Of a stretch of DNA of 64,000 nucleotides, positions 23,470 to 35,814 are shown in pieces (position 1 is the first letter of the stretch; each line of letters starts with the position of its first letter). This DNA is from Chiloscyllium plagiosum (lineage: Eukaryota), in assembly GCF_004010195.1 (NCBI RefSeq), contig NC_057717.1, positions 45,491,362-45,555,361 of the forward strand, given 5' to 3'. Made by a program: the position numbers and the translations under genes. The notes below the pieces were generated by a model. That model was not told where the DNA came from. It did not search any database and was given only the letters and a program-made list of their open reading frames with translations.

Positions 23470-24868
23470 ATCAACTTATGTTGTTGAAATAAGTAGGGAG
23501 GATGTGTTGGGTAGGCTCGAGGTTATTAAGATGGACAAATCTTCAGGACCGGATGGGATCTATCCCAGTTTGCCGAGGGATGCGAGAGAGGAAATAGCTG
23601 GGGCCTGACAGATTCTTTTGTGGCATCCTTTAACACAGGCGAGGTGCCAGAAGACTGGAAGGTTTCTCATGTTGTCCTCCTGTACAAGAAGGCTAGAAGG
23701 CATATTCCTGGTAACTACAGGCAAGTGAGCCTGATGTCAGTTTGCGGGATGTTTCTGGAGAAAGTACTGAAGGATCGAATCTATTTATATTTAGAAAAGA
23801 ATGGGTCGATTTGTGACAGGCAACATTGTTTTGTGTGGGGGAGACCGTGCTTTAATAGAGTTCTTTGAGGAAGTGACAAAGCTGATAGATGAAGGAAGAG
23901 CTGTAGATGTCATATTAATGTACTTTCGCAAGGCGTTTGATAAGGTCCCCCGTGGTAAACCTGCAGAGAAAGTGTCGTCGCATATTGTGCAGCTTGGTCT
24001 GGATAGGTGGATAAAGAACTGGTTGAGGAACATGAGACAGAGAGGTGTATTCGAAGGGAATTTCTCGAAATGGAGAAAGATGACCAGTGGTGTTCCACAG
24101 GGGTCAGTGTAGGAGCCACTGTGATTTTTAACTTTTAGCCACTGTTGTTTGTGATATCCATAAATGATCTGAAAAAGGGCACTGCTGGTATGATCAGCAA
24201 GTTTGCAGATGTAATGAAGATTGGTGGAATAGCAGAATTCATAAGGGTTTGCCAAACAATGCAGGAGAATATAGAACGACTGGAAAGTCGGACGGAAAAG
24301 TGGCAGATGGAGTTCAATCCTGACAAATGTGAGGTGATGCATTTAGGTAAGTCTAATTCTAGAGCAAATTATATAATAAACGGAAGAGCCTTTGGAAAGG
24401 TTGATGAGCAGAAAGATCTGGGAGGGCAGGTCCATTGTACCCTGAAGGTTGCTGCAAAGGTGGATAGAGTGTTCAAGAAAGCATATGGTATTTTGCTTTG
24501 TATGGATAGCGTGTTGAGTACAAGAGTTGGCTGGTCATGTTAAACTTGCACAAGACATTGTTTCGTCCGCATTTAGAATATTGTGTGCAGTTCTGGTCGC
24601 CACATTACGAAAAGTATGTGGACGCTTTGGAGAGGGTGCAGAGAAGGTATGTGAGGAATTTGCGTAATATGGAAGGTGTTAGCTATGAAGAGAGATTGCG
24701 GAGATTAGGTTTGTTTTGAATAGAAAAAAAGGAGATTGAGGGGCACCCGATTGAGGTTTCACAAAATCATGAAAGGTATAGACAGGGTAGATAGGGATAA
24801 GCTTTTTTCCAGGGTTAATGATTCAATAACGAGATGTCACGCTTTTAAGGTGAGTGGTGAAAAGGTTT
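23470..24868 (+). mobile_element. CR1 LINE RT fragment
   Basis: GPDGIYP, PEDWK, LIEFFEEVT, KAFDKVP, SGVPQGSV, SKFAD, MEFNPDKCEV and RPHLEYCVQFWSP, with frameshifts. Confidence 0.92.
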
Positions 24869-24884
24869 AGCAAAACAATTCTCA

Positions 24885-25240
24885 CAGGTGAGCATTTGAT
24901 GCCTGAACGATGCCTGAAGCTCTCAGAATCTGTGGAGAGAGAAACAGAGTTAAGGTTTTGGATGCATTGGTCTTTCTTCAGAAGTATAATCAGCTAAGAA
25001 AAGTGGTATTAATAATGATAATTTGGCGGTTTTGAATAGGGAGAATGTGTGGAAAGGAGTGACATGACCAGAGAAGCAGGAGACGAGATAAGTGGGAGAA
25101 AGATAAACAGAGACAGAGAAAGAAAGAATACAGCGAGATAACATTAAGGATAGGCTGACCAAAACGAATGTTGATGATAAACACGGGAGAAGGAAATCTC
25201 TAACTGTTCTAATAGGGAGCCCTCAGCTGGGGAAAACCGT
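24885..25240 (-). mobile_element. Degenerate PLE 3' terminal region
   Basis: Minus strand TTCTGAAGAAAGACC..CAAAACCTTAACTCTGTTTCTCTCTCCACAGA. Confidence 0.5.
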
Positions 25241-25449
25241 TTGTCTTTGCAAAATGCAGCACGTGTCATGACTGGTCAGGAATGTGGACGTAATAAAGCT
25301 CATGAAAGGAATTATATTCATAGACACGTAGAATAATACAATATGGAAATACGCCTTTTGACCCAAACTGATCCATGATGATAATACTGCCCAACCGGAT
25401 TATTCCAATTGACCCCAGTTTGTCCACATCCTTTTTAAAGAAAATCATT

Positions 25450-27918
25450 ATACTATGAAAGGGGGTTGGTCATTTCTCCCAGCTCAGCTTGTCCGTGGTT
25501 TGATTTAGTTTTGGCCGTCTGGCTGTTCACTGAAAGGAGGCAGTTAGTTTGAGGATGTAGTTCAAGTAACAGCTGTATGAAAGAATCAGGTCCATGCTGG
25601 TACCCTTTCTCTGACATCTGTGCTGTAAGACTCAGTGTTTGATTTTCTTTATTACGTTTTTGCCAGGAAATGTTGACGGGGCTTCCTGCACGTATTGTGA
25701 GCATCATCGTCAAGTTGGTGTGATCTGTTGCCTTTTCAGATACGTTAGGTTATTCCGCATTCTGTACTCTTTTGTTTGGCATCATTTTTGTCATCTTTTA
25801 ATTTATATGTTTTGCATATAAAACGAAGTGGTTTGACGAGCTGCATTCCGCCTGGAATCTTCGCGTTACACAGACCCAAAATAACAGGAAAAAACAAGGA
25901 TCTGAGCTCCGTTTTTCAAATGGAGAGAGGGTCCGGCCTTCTCCACAAATATTGGGGTCTTTTTGCTAAGTTAGTTCTGTAGTTCCATTTTGGGATTACG
26001 GTTGACTGGACTCGAAGGCATCCCGTTGTAATTGTTCGTCCTCTTTATTTCTCGGTGTTGAATTCATTTGTTTTCATCAGTGGTTATAAGAGCAATGGCG
26101 CTTTCCATAACCATTAGTTTTCCGGAGGTGGATGGAGTGTCCTTGTTTTTTTGCAAAATGTGATTAAAGCCAAGCTGCTGGAATTCGCAGAGAAACAGGG
26201 GTTGGAGCTGTCTCCTTCCATTCGGAAAGTAGAAGTACTTATAGCAAAAAACTTAGCATTTAAATTTGCTGGAAATACAATCAGACTATTCAGTTATGGC
26301 CAGAATTCAATTGAAAATGAAACAGCTAAAGGTAGATTCAAAAGACAAGGAAAGGTAATCAGAAATGGAACAGTTTGAATTATGATTAAAGGCAGAGGAA
26401 GGAGCAAAAGGAATAAATCACTTTGCAGAAAAAAGGAAGAGAGAGAGAAAGAGACAGTGAAGAGAGATAAAAAGAGCGAGAGGAGAGAGAAAAGGAGAGA
26501 GACGAACGGCAAAATAAAATGAGTTTGAAATTCCGAAATTGCACTTAGACAGGAATTCAAAAATTCACTTTTCGAAGTAAGGATAACTCATGTGGAAGAG
26601 CAGAAGGTTAAACAGGAAGTGTAGCAGCTCAAATGGCGAGCGATTATTAGTTGATCTAAAAATCAAAACTTGTCTTTCATAATCGGTTCCAATCTTTGAA
26701 GCATACACATTGGGAAAAGGGAAAGCCTCATGTGGAAAGGGAATATAAATCTCGGAAAAGATAATAAGTATAAATTATCACAGGGTGAAAAGGAAAGCGT
26801 TGAAGATGACAGAGAATTTAAGACGCTTGGCGTTTTCACTGCAATAATGTTGGCTATATGAAATGGCAGTGTTTGTGGTTAGGGAATGCATTGGGAAGCG
26901 AGATGTAGGGAAACAGTATAAGCCACAAAAGGTTGTTGGAGTGGTAATGCAAAACACAGTGGAGGCGGGAAAGCTGAACTGGAATATACAAAATGGTCCG
27001 AGGGTTGTTAAGGAGGAAGTACCAGATCATCTTTAACCATGTATCTGCCAAGGTACAGTTTACTCACAGAGACCAGGAATATCAGCTAAAGAGGTTAAAA
27101 CATGACGATACACAAGACCTTTAACGTTTCAATCTGTGACAGTGAAAAATGAGAAGATATGGACTTCGAAATTATGAATTCCAAAATAGATGCTAGTAAC
27201 TGAAATTCACGGTGAGACAAGAAGCACCCAGTTACGAATAGTGAGCTTCCAGTGTTCAGAGAAAAGGGGGCATAGATGTGGTAGGAGTACCGGAAAAACT
27301 CTCCGCTCCAGAAATACAATATATTTTACGAAAGATACAGCTGATTCGTCGGAGGGAGTGCTGCATATTGTCCTTGAAAAGCTAGTAGAATGTCAGGCAA
27401 CCGAACGAGTGCAAGGACCATGTTCTGTGATTTGTTTTGACTGTGTGGTAACGAGATAACAAAGTCACAATTGAAACAGGGGAGGTCAAGGAGAACAGAT
27501 CAGGTTGAAGTCGAATAAATAGAGTCCTTTTTGATCAGATAGTTGAGACAAGCCAGGAGTATATAGCTGTCACAAAAGAAATCTTCAGAGCACATAGATT
27601 AACGGAGTTAAAGGAGAAAAATGCAGATTTCATTCAATTCTGTCAAGAGCTTGCAGAGAAAAAGAATCCGAATATATCCCTGAATGTTACCATTCAGAAA
27701 CGATGTTTTAATGAGGAAATGGAGACCATCACATATTAAAGCAGATGGGAAATACGTAGAAGTCCATCAAGTCTAATTGCCAGTGGATTTCAGAAAGGAT
27801 GTGTTGCAGGTAGTGCATGAGCTACCACGATGGATTCACTGAGAAGAACCAACTGCAAAATCACTTTCACGGTCCTGGACTGCAGAAGGATACTGTTCAT
27901 TTTTGCCACACATTATAT
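25450..27918 (+). mobile_element. Gypsy LTR retrotransposon remnant, 5' part (LTR about 25450-25950, gag, start of integrase)
   Basis: gag MALS..LQNVIKAKLLEFAEK, coiled-coil E/R tract, decayed CCHC knuckle FHCNNVGYMKWQC at about 26833, integrase Zn region LMRKWRP..VHQV..HELP..GLQKD..FCHT. Confidence 0.75.
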
Positions 27919-29720
27919 ACATAAGACCATAAGACCATAAGACATAGGAGTGGAAGTAAGGCCATTCGGCCCATCGAGTCCACTCCGCCATTCAATCATG
28001 GCTGATGCGCATTTCAGCTCCACTAACCAGCGTTCTCCCCGTAGCCCTTAATTCCTCGAGACAACAAGAATCTATCAATCTCGGCCTTGAAGACATTTAG
28101 CGTCCCAGCTTCCACTGCACTCCGTGGCAATGAATTCCACAGGCCCACCACTCTCTGGCTGAAGAAATGTCTCCGCATTTCTGTTCTGAAATGACCCCCT
28201 CTAATTCTAAGGCTGTGTCCACGGGTCCTAGTCTCCTCGTTTAACTGAAACAATTTCCTAGCAACCACCTTTTCCAAGCCATGTATTATTTTGTACGCCT
28301 CTATTAAGTCTCCCTTTAATCTTCTAAACTCCAACGAATACAATCCCAGTATCCTCAGCCGTTCCTCATATGTTAGACCTGTCATTACAGGGATCATCCG
28401 TGTGAATCTCCGCTGGACACGTTCCAGTGCCAGTATGTCCTTCCTGAGGTGTGGGGACCAAAACTGGACACAGTACTCCAAATGGGGCCTAACCAGAGCT
28501 TTATAAAGTCTTAGTAGTACATCTCTGCTTTTATATTCCAACCCTCTTGAGATAAGAGACAACATTGCATTCGCTTTCTTAATCACGGACTCAACCTGCA
28601 TGTTTACCTTTAGAGAATCCTCGACTAGCACTCCCAGATCCCTTTGTGCTTTGGCTTTATTAATGTTCTCACCATTTAGAAAGTAGTCTATGCTTTTATT
28701 CTTTTTGCCAAAGTGCAAGACCTCCCACTTGCTCACGTTAAATTCCATCAGCCATTTCCTGGACCACTCTCCCAACCGGTCTAGATCCTTCTGTAGCCTC
28801 CCCACTTCCTCAGTACTACCTGCCTGTCCACCTAACTTCGTATCATCGGCAAACTTCGCTAGAATGACCCCAGTTCCCTCATCCAAATCATTAATATATA
28901 ATGCGAACAGCTGTGGCCCCAGCACCGAACCCTGCGGGACACCGCTCGTCACCAGCTGCCATTCTGAAAAAGAACCTTTTATCCCAACTCTCTGCCTTCT
29001 GTTAGACAGCCAATCCTCAATCCATCCCAGCAGCTCACCTCGAACACCATGGGCCCTCACCTTGCTCAGCAGCCTCNNNNNNNNNNNNTTATCCTTAATG
29101 ATGGATTCTAGAATTTTACCAACAACTGAGGTTAAGCTGATTGGCCTATAATTTTCCATCTTTTGCCTTGATCCTTTCTTGAACAAGGGGGTTACAACAG
29201 CCATCTTCCAATCATCCGGGATCTTTCCTGACTCCAGTGACTCTTGAAAGATCTCAACTAATGCCTCTGCTATTTCCTCAGCCACCTCTCTCAGAACTCT
29301 TGGGTGTATCCCATCGGGGCCAGGAGATTTATGAATTTTAAGACTTTTTAACTTTTCTATCACTATCTCTTTCGTAATGGCAACCCTCAACTCAGCCCCG
29401 TGACACCCTTTAATTTTTGGGATATTACTCATGTCTTCCACTGTGAAGACTGACGCAAAGTACTTGTTAAGTTGTCCTGCTATTTCCTTATCTCCCATCA
29501 CTAGGCTTCCTGCATCAGTTTGAAGTGGCCCAATGTCTACTTTTGCCTGTCGTTTGTTTCTTATGTACTGAAAGAAACTTTTACTATTATTTCTAATGTT
29601 ACTGGCTAGCCTACCTTCATATTTGATCCTCTCCTTTCTTATTACACTCTTTGTTATCCTCTGCTTGCTTTTGTATCCTTCCCAATCTTCTGATTTCCCA
29701 CTGTTCTTAGCCACTTTATG
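27919..29720 (-). mobile_element. Young 5'-truncated CR1 LINE
   Basis: Uninterrupted RT and C-terminal frame, intact 3' UTR, (CTTATGGT)-type tail at 27919-27945. Confidence 0.95.
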
Positions 29721-29744
29721 GGATCTCAGATCAGATAGTAGCAA
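28023..29744 (-). CDS. CR1 ORF2 reverse transcriptase, partial (no endonuclease; spans a 12-N gap at 29077-29088)
   Basis: KSPGPDGIHP, NYRPISLTSVVGK, GVPQGSVLGP, FADDTK, LVRPHLEYCVQFWSP. Confidence 0.85.
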   Translation of the reverse strand: MLLSDLRSHKVAKNSGKSEDWEGYKSKQRITKSVIRKERIKYEGRLASNIRNNSKSFFQYIRNKRQAKVDIGPLQTDAGSLVMGDKEIAGQLNKYFASVFTVEDMSNIPKIKGCHGAELRVAITKEIVIEKLKSLKIHKSPGPDGIHPRVLREVAEEIAEALVEIFQESLESGKIPDDWKMAVVTPLFKKGSRQKMENYRPISLTSVVGKILESIIKDXXXXXRLLSKVRAHGVRGELLGWIEDWLSNRRQRVGIKGSFSEWQLVTSGVPQGSVLGPQLFALYINDLDEGTGVILAKFADDTKLGGQAGSTEEVGRLQKDLDRLGEWSRKWLMEFNVSKWEVLHFGKKNKSIDYFLNGENINKAKAQRDLGVLVEDSLKVNMQVESVIKKANAMLSLISRGLEYKSRDVLLRLYKALVRPHLEYCVQFWSPHLRKDILALERVQRRFTRMIPVMTGLTYEERLRILGLYSLEFRRLKGDLIEAYKIIHGLEKVVARKLFQLNEETRTRGHSLRIRGGHFRTEMRRHFFSQRVVGLWNSLPRSAVEAGTLNVFKAEIDRFLLSRGIKGYGENAG

Positions 29745-32557
29745 AGCAAAATATGTTGCCAGAAAAATACAGCAGGTCAGACAGCATCAGAGGAGAATGA
29801 GAATTGACATTTTATGAAGAAGCCCTTCGTCAGGAATCAGGCTTGTTTGGGGCTATAGGGAAGGTGCAGAGAATGCAATCGGTAGATGAAGGATGGGAGA
29901 ATTCGATAGGTCAGAGAGGAAGGTGAAGCTGATAGTTAGGATAAACGATGGACAAGTCAAAAGGGCGATGTCTAGTTGGAGCACTAGGTCGGCGATAAGT
30001 TTTGGGGGACCGGAATCTAAGAAACTGTTGAAATACACTTTCATCCCATGTGGTTGCAGGGTTCCAAGGCTGAAGATGAGGCGTTCTATCTCCAAACGAC
30101 ACATATTCAGGGTTTGACAATGGAGGAGATCTAGGACCTGCATGTCATTTGTGGTGTGGGACGGGAAATTGAAGTATTCAGCCACGGGGTGTTGGGGTTA
30201 GTTGGTACGGTTGCCCCAGAAATGTTCTCTGAAATGATCTGCAAGTTGGCATCCTATCATCCCGATGTAGAGGAGACCACATCGAAGTCAATGAATACAG
30301 TAAATAACATTTGTGAAAGTACACGAAAATTTCTGTCGGATGTAGAAAGATGTAAGTGAGAGGGTGTGCAGGTACATTTTGCATTTTTTGCGGTGGGAGG
30401 TAAATATGCTGGGAGTTGGTGTTGGCTGGTGGGTGGCACGGATCTGACAGCGCAATTGCAGAAGGAATGTGCGAAACGCTGAGAGGAAGGGAAATGCATC
30501 CGTGCTGATGGGGTCTGTTTGCAGGTAGTGGAAGTTGCGGAGGATTATGCGATTGATGCAGAGGATTTTGGGGTAGGAAGTGGGGACGGGATGTACTGTC
30601 CTTGTTGCGTTGGGCGAGGTGGGGTTCAAGGGCACAGGTGCGGGAAATGGTGGAGATGCACCATTCGTGGAGATGGTGGAGCACATTGTCAAACACGCGG
30701 GATAGAAAATTGAGGTATTTAAAGAAGGAGCGCAACTGGAATTTTCTATGGTTAAATTGGCCACCCTGGGAACAGCTGTGGTGGAGAAGGAGGAATTGAG
30801 AACAAGGGATGTTGTTTTTTCTGGTCGGCAGTTTGGGAGGATGTGGCGTCCAGGTCTGTGGGATTCGGTGTGTTTGTCGATGTCCCTGGTTACTCGGTTG
30901 CCGAAGATGGAAGTGGAGGAATTCAGGAAGGGAAGAGAGTATTCCAAGATAGTCAAGGTGAAGTTGAGGTCGGCAAGAAAGGGTTTTGTCAAGTTAATAA
31001 AGTGTCTACCCACCTCGTGGGAGAGTGAGATGGCGTCAATGCAGTCATCGACATCGTGTACGAAATGGTGGGTATGATGCCGTTATATTTGCGGAAGGTG
31101 GTCTGTTCTACGCACCCTACAAAGAGGCAGACATAGCAGGGATACATGTGGGAGCCCAGGGTTACCCCTTTGGACTGGAGGAAGTGGGAAAATTAGGAGG
31201 GTATTACTTAAGCCTGAGGACCAGTTTGGCCATGCAAATGAAGGTGTCAGTGGAAGGGTACTGGTTGGGAGGGGATGAGAGGAAGAAACGGAAGGCTTGG
31301 AGCCCTTCGTTGTGGTGGACAGATGTGTATACGAACTGGATGTCAATGGTGAAGGTGATGCATAGGGTTTCGGGTAAACGAAGGTCTTACAGGAGGAAGC
31401 GGAGGATTTGGGTAGTGTCCTGAATGTAGGTGGTGTGTTCTGGGGGAACCGAGTGGTGTCAAGGTTTGCAGAGATGCGTTTAGTGGAACAGAAGGAGGCT
31501 GATACAATGGTTCAATTGGGGAGGTCAGGCTTGTGAATCTTAAGTTGGAGGTAGAATCGGGAGGTGTGGTGTTCTTGGATTGTGAAGTTGGAGGCGATGG
31601 ATGGAACATCTGCAGAGGTGGTCCTGGACCTCACATTCAATCCCACCAAAATCAGTATACATCGCATCGTCCTCCCCCAATTCCACCGCCTCCACCACTT
31701 TGAATATAATAGCCCCTCCACCACCAGCAGCATTTCTGATAGACAAATCCCTCCGCGAATCTGTGGTCAGATCCAAGCTGACCCTTGATCAGCCCACCCC
31801 ACAGGGATCTTCTCCTGCCATCACAAGAAGTGTAAAACGTGTGCCCACAACTCCTCCCTCACATATATACAAGGCGCCAAAGGATCCATCAAAGTCCAAA
31901 AGAAATTTACCTATACTTCCTTAAATGTCATCTAAGTATCCATTGTGAACGATGCAATCTCCTCGGCATCAGGGAAACGGCACACCAAATTTCAGATCAT
32001 TTCAGAAAACATCTCTAGGACAAAAGATCCAACCAAACCCCACCGCCTTGTGATTGAACACTTCAACTCCCCCACCAGTCCATGAAGAACATGCATGTCC
32101 TGAGCATCCTTCATCGTTAAACCCAAACCACGGACGCCTGGAGGAAGAACGCCTCGTCTTCTGCCTTTGGACACCGCAACCACACAGGATGAAAGTGAAT
32201 TTCACCAATTTCCTCATTTACCCTCCCCCAACCTACCCCAGTCCCAAGCCTCTAAATCGGCAGGGATGTATTGACCTAACCATAATCTTTCCCATTGATT
32301 AGCTCCAACCGCCTCTCCGGCCTATCATCTTCTCCCCCACCTCAACAACATATTGCATTCTCAGCTACCTTCTCCACAGCTTCACCGCTTCCCTTTAATC
32401 TCTCATTCTTTCGGCCCAGAAACCTCTTTCCTGATGAAGTATGTATGCCTGAAAAGTGGATTCTCCTGTTCCTCAGATGCAGCCTGACTTGCTTTGGTTT
32501 TGCAGCGATGCACTCTCGACTCTGATATCCAGTACCTGCAGTCCTCAAGTTCTCCTC
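29730..32557. mobile_element. Penelope-like element with inverted arrangement: minus arm 29730-31625 (RT, GIY-YIG, terminus), plus arm 31625-32557 (GIY-YIG, terminus)
   Basis: Minus strand TYIQDTT, decayed GxxMG..P.Y.CLFVG, decayed YIDD (DVDDC), NVIYCI..CGLLYIG, RLIFSLGTLQPHGM; the same GIY-YIG tail is on the plus strand at about 32130. Confidence 0.85.
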
Positions 32558-33060
32558 GATAATCATAAAACCACAGGGAGTAATAAAACCCACACCTCTA
32601 ATGCCTATTCCTGTATGTGAGAACGTTTTAGAAAATGCTTAAATGATTGTGTTGGATCCGTTCCAGTAACAAAAAGGTGAATCAATATTCTTGAACGATA
32701 ATGGATGTGCCAGGACATTTCCGCAGTCCGTTCTATTATGCTAAATGAAGTGGAGAAGTGTCACTTTTTTTTTCACGAATCATGAACAATCAAATCAAGT
32801 TTCAAGCTTTGCATCAAAATTATTCAACTTAATTAAGAACAGCTCAGAAATAAAATAATTCAATTCTACTCTGCATCATCCAGAGTCGAAAGGAGCACCA
32901 GAAAGAAGGCATGAGAAAGTTGCCGATTATCGTCAAGACTATCCAAGTGAGTGGGCAAGCAGACTTCTGATTGTACTTTATGCGATCGGAGATGCACCAA
33001 GTGAATCAGCCAAATTCAGTCGAATGAATTGGATTATTAGCATGAGGAGAGAAAATCAGC
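32558..33060 (+). mobile_element. Gypsy integrase core, continuation of the element at 25450-27918
   Basis: KPQGVIKPTPLMPIPV..DCVGSVP..QY..TIMDV..HPESKGAPER..DYP..W..LYAIGDAP. Confidence 0.8.
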
Positions 33061-33064
33061 AAAA

Positions 33065-33730
33065 CCTATTCACAGAAGGTGGTGGGATCTTCATGGATAC
33101 GAATCGTTACCTGTCTTCCTGTTTGTCTATGTAATGTTTTGTGCAGTCCTTGCTTGGGATTTTTTACACGACGTTGATTTTGCTCATGCTGGGTATCCCG
33201 GATGTTGGTTTGTGTGCTGTTATGTGTCCCTGTGGTCGTAGTAGTCTGGCTGTCAGTTCAGAAATGTTCTTGATGTATGGTAACGTATGGCAACAATCCG
33301 CATCCATGAACACCAACTAGCCACGAAACGACACAACATGTTATCCTTCGTAGCCACACACCCAGATTACAAGCAACATGAGTTCGACTGGGACAACACT
33401 ACTATTGTAGGACAAGCCAAACAGAGAACAGCCAGGGAATTCCTAGAGGCATGGCACTCATCCACAGATTCTATCAACAAACATCTCGAACTGGGCCCAA
33501 TATACCGGCCACCTCAGCAGACAGCTGGAACTGACAACCAGAAGTGGCAGAGACAAAGCACTATAAATGCCGGAGGAAACAACATAGAAGCACTTCACAG
33601 AAGGCTCCCAAGCACTGAGGATGTCACCTAGACAGGGTACGAAACATCTGCAACACAAATTCCCAGCTCGGCGAACAGAACCACAACAACGAGCACACGA
33701 GCTACAAATCTTCTCACAAACACTGAACTT
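33065..33730. mobile_element. Penelope element: inverted GIY-YIG fragment (minus, 33065-33286) joined to a plus-strand 3' end (33287-33730)
   Basis: Minus strand NVV.KIP.KDCTKHYI..TGR; plus strand IRIHEHQLATKRH..HEFDWDNT..AREFLEAWHS. Confidence 0.88.
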
Positions 33731-34231
33731 TGAACTCACTGCCAGCAAATATACTTGTATTAGAAACATGCATTGTACGCAAAGTGAACCTTGTGACGCC
33801 AAACTGGACAAGGCAATGTGCCAAGTACTGTAAAAATTGGGATTAGAATCGTTGGTGCCTGTTTATAAATGATGCTACCAGTGTGACCAAAAGACGTGTT
33901 TTAGCTGTGCTGTACTATTCAATGAATCAATCACAACATGAAATATGGAAATAAAACTGATTAAACATTCGCAAGAAAACCGAAAGCTGAATGCTACCTC
34001 CTGTTCGAATTGCACTGAAATCCGTTCACATCTCTCCAGTAAGATTATTAACCTCAAGGTTTTCCTATGTAATTCGAGAACCTCCATTTAAGACTAGAAT
34101 TCGAGGAAGAACTGAGGCATAACATACGCGATGGATCAAGAATGTAAATACCCAGCACTCATTGAGGGTGTACAGCAACACCAAACCAAAAAAAAAACTG
34201 AATAATTATAAAACGACTATATGATATTCTG

Positions 34232-34330
34232 GATTAGTGGTGCTGGAAGAGCACAACAGTTCAGGCAGCATCCAAGGAGCTTCCAAATCGACGTTTCGGG
34301 GAAAAGCCCTTCATCCGGGCTTTCTTTTAC
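34232..34330 (-). mobile_element. Stand-alone PLE terminal unit with 15-bp TSD
   Basis: CTATATGATATTCTG at 34217 and 34331; minus strand CGGATGAAGGGCTTTTCCCCGAAACGTCGAT. Confidence 0.9.
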
Positions 34331-34479
34331 CTATATGATATTCTGTTTTATTCAAAGAAAATAAACTATGTTCTTAAAATAACAAAATGTATCTAAACAT
34401 GATATAAGATGTGCTTGGAAAAGAAGAAGATAAATGGAAGTGTGGAGAAGGTATAATCCAGGACTATTTGAGTTTTACA

Positions 34480-34873
34480 CAGTGCAGCCAAGTCCCGGTG
34501 GTGAAACTGTGGTCCGGAACATGATGTGGGAGACAGTCGGAGTCTGTGCAGTTAATTCATGGAGCCGGGCCCCGGGGTAGAGTCCAGGGCAAGGAGGCGG
34601 CTAGGCCTGCAGTTCTGATACCCGGATTTCATGGACTAAGTGAAACCGACTGTAATTTGGAACATTTTAAAGACTCTTTCATTTATATGCTTACTTTTAT
34701 TCTGTATTCTGAGTAAAACTTTGTATTCCTATTCTAAACGTAATGTTTACTCTGTCATTTCTGTAACAAGAACTTCAGAATCTATCCCTAACTTGGCGCC
34801 AAACTGGTGACATTATAAACTTTTAAATGCAAATGGCAGTGCATGTGAAAATAAAGGTCATTCTACTCTATTC
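34480..34873 (+). mobile_element. Probable non-LTR element 3' end
   Basis: Ends GTGCATGTGAAAATAAAGGTCATTCTACTCTATTCT (AATAAA plus short repeat tail). Confidence 0.4.
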
Positions 34874-35814
34874 TGACTTTGTATGCAGAAATACCATAAC
34901 TCGAACAGAAATAAGATCCAATCCTGCTGCACTGAAATGAAACTTGAACTGACAACTTGTGCAGTTTTCCTCCAGATCATGTATTTTCGAAATGTAGGAA
35001 ATATTTTCCAGTTCTCTCACCGACTGTTCACAAGCTGTTACATCGTTCCAATGAACAGAACAACTGCATCTAACTGACATCGGGTTCAGATGTTCACGAA
35101 GATTGCTCACCACATCCAAGTGTATAATCGTTGGTCAAATAGCTATACACATATTTACTTATTAATTACGGAAACATGTCTGACTCATCAAAGTAAATTA
35201 ACAGCATTACACAGGGAACATAAGTCTGACCTTGCAAACGCAACCTGTTTCTCTGGAATATCGGGAACTTGAGCTGCTTAAGCTGACTCAACTTTTGAAC
35301 ATGCCGTTAGCCCAGGTAAATGAAACGTCTGAGGGATCTCACCTTGTCTGCACCATGTGAAATTCAAGGAGAACATGTTCCTTATTGGTATATAGACAAT
35401 TCACGAGGGAGCAACGAAATATCTGTTAGATTATTCTAGCCCCGACCTCCACTTTCAAAATCAGAGCTTAGTGCAAAATGTAATGATCTCATGTTCTTTG
35501 CCTTTCTTTGTCTGAGCATCGTCATCCATGTCTCATCATCCCAAATATTAAGTAAATCTCGCTGTGGTTTCAAGTTCGTGCAGGAACAGGATTGCAGTTT
35601 GATTTGCCCTCTCGTTTGCATTCTATAATTTTTTTAACTGCTTACTCCACTGTCCAACTCAGTCAAAATACTGTCATGCGCATCAAATGCAGCAAATCAG
35701 TAAACCGGTCTTCAATTTCTCCAGTGATTCATACAGTCTGATATGCATCACAATAAAAAGTTAAAATGTTTCAACTAAATTGGTCGTGTTGGGAAGAAAA
35801 TATCTCACCGCGGC

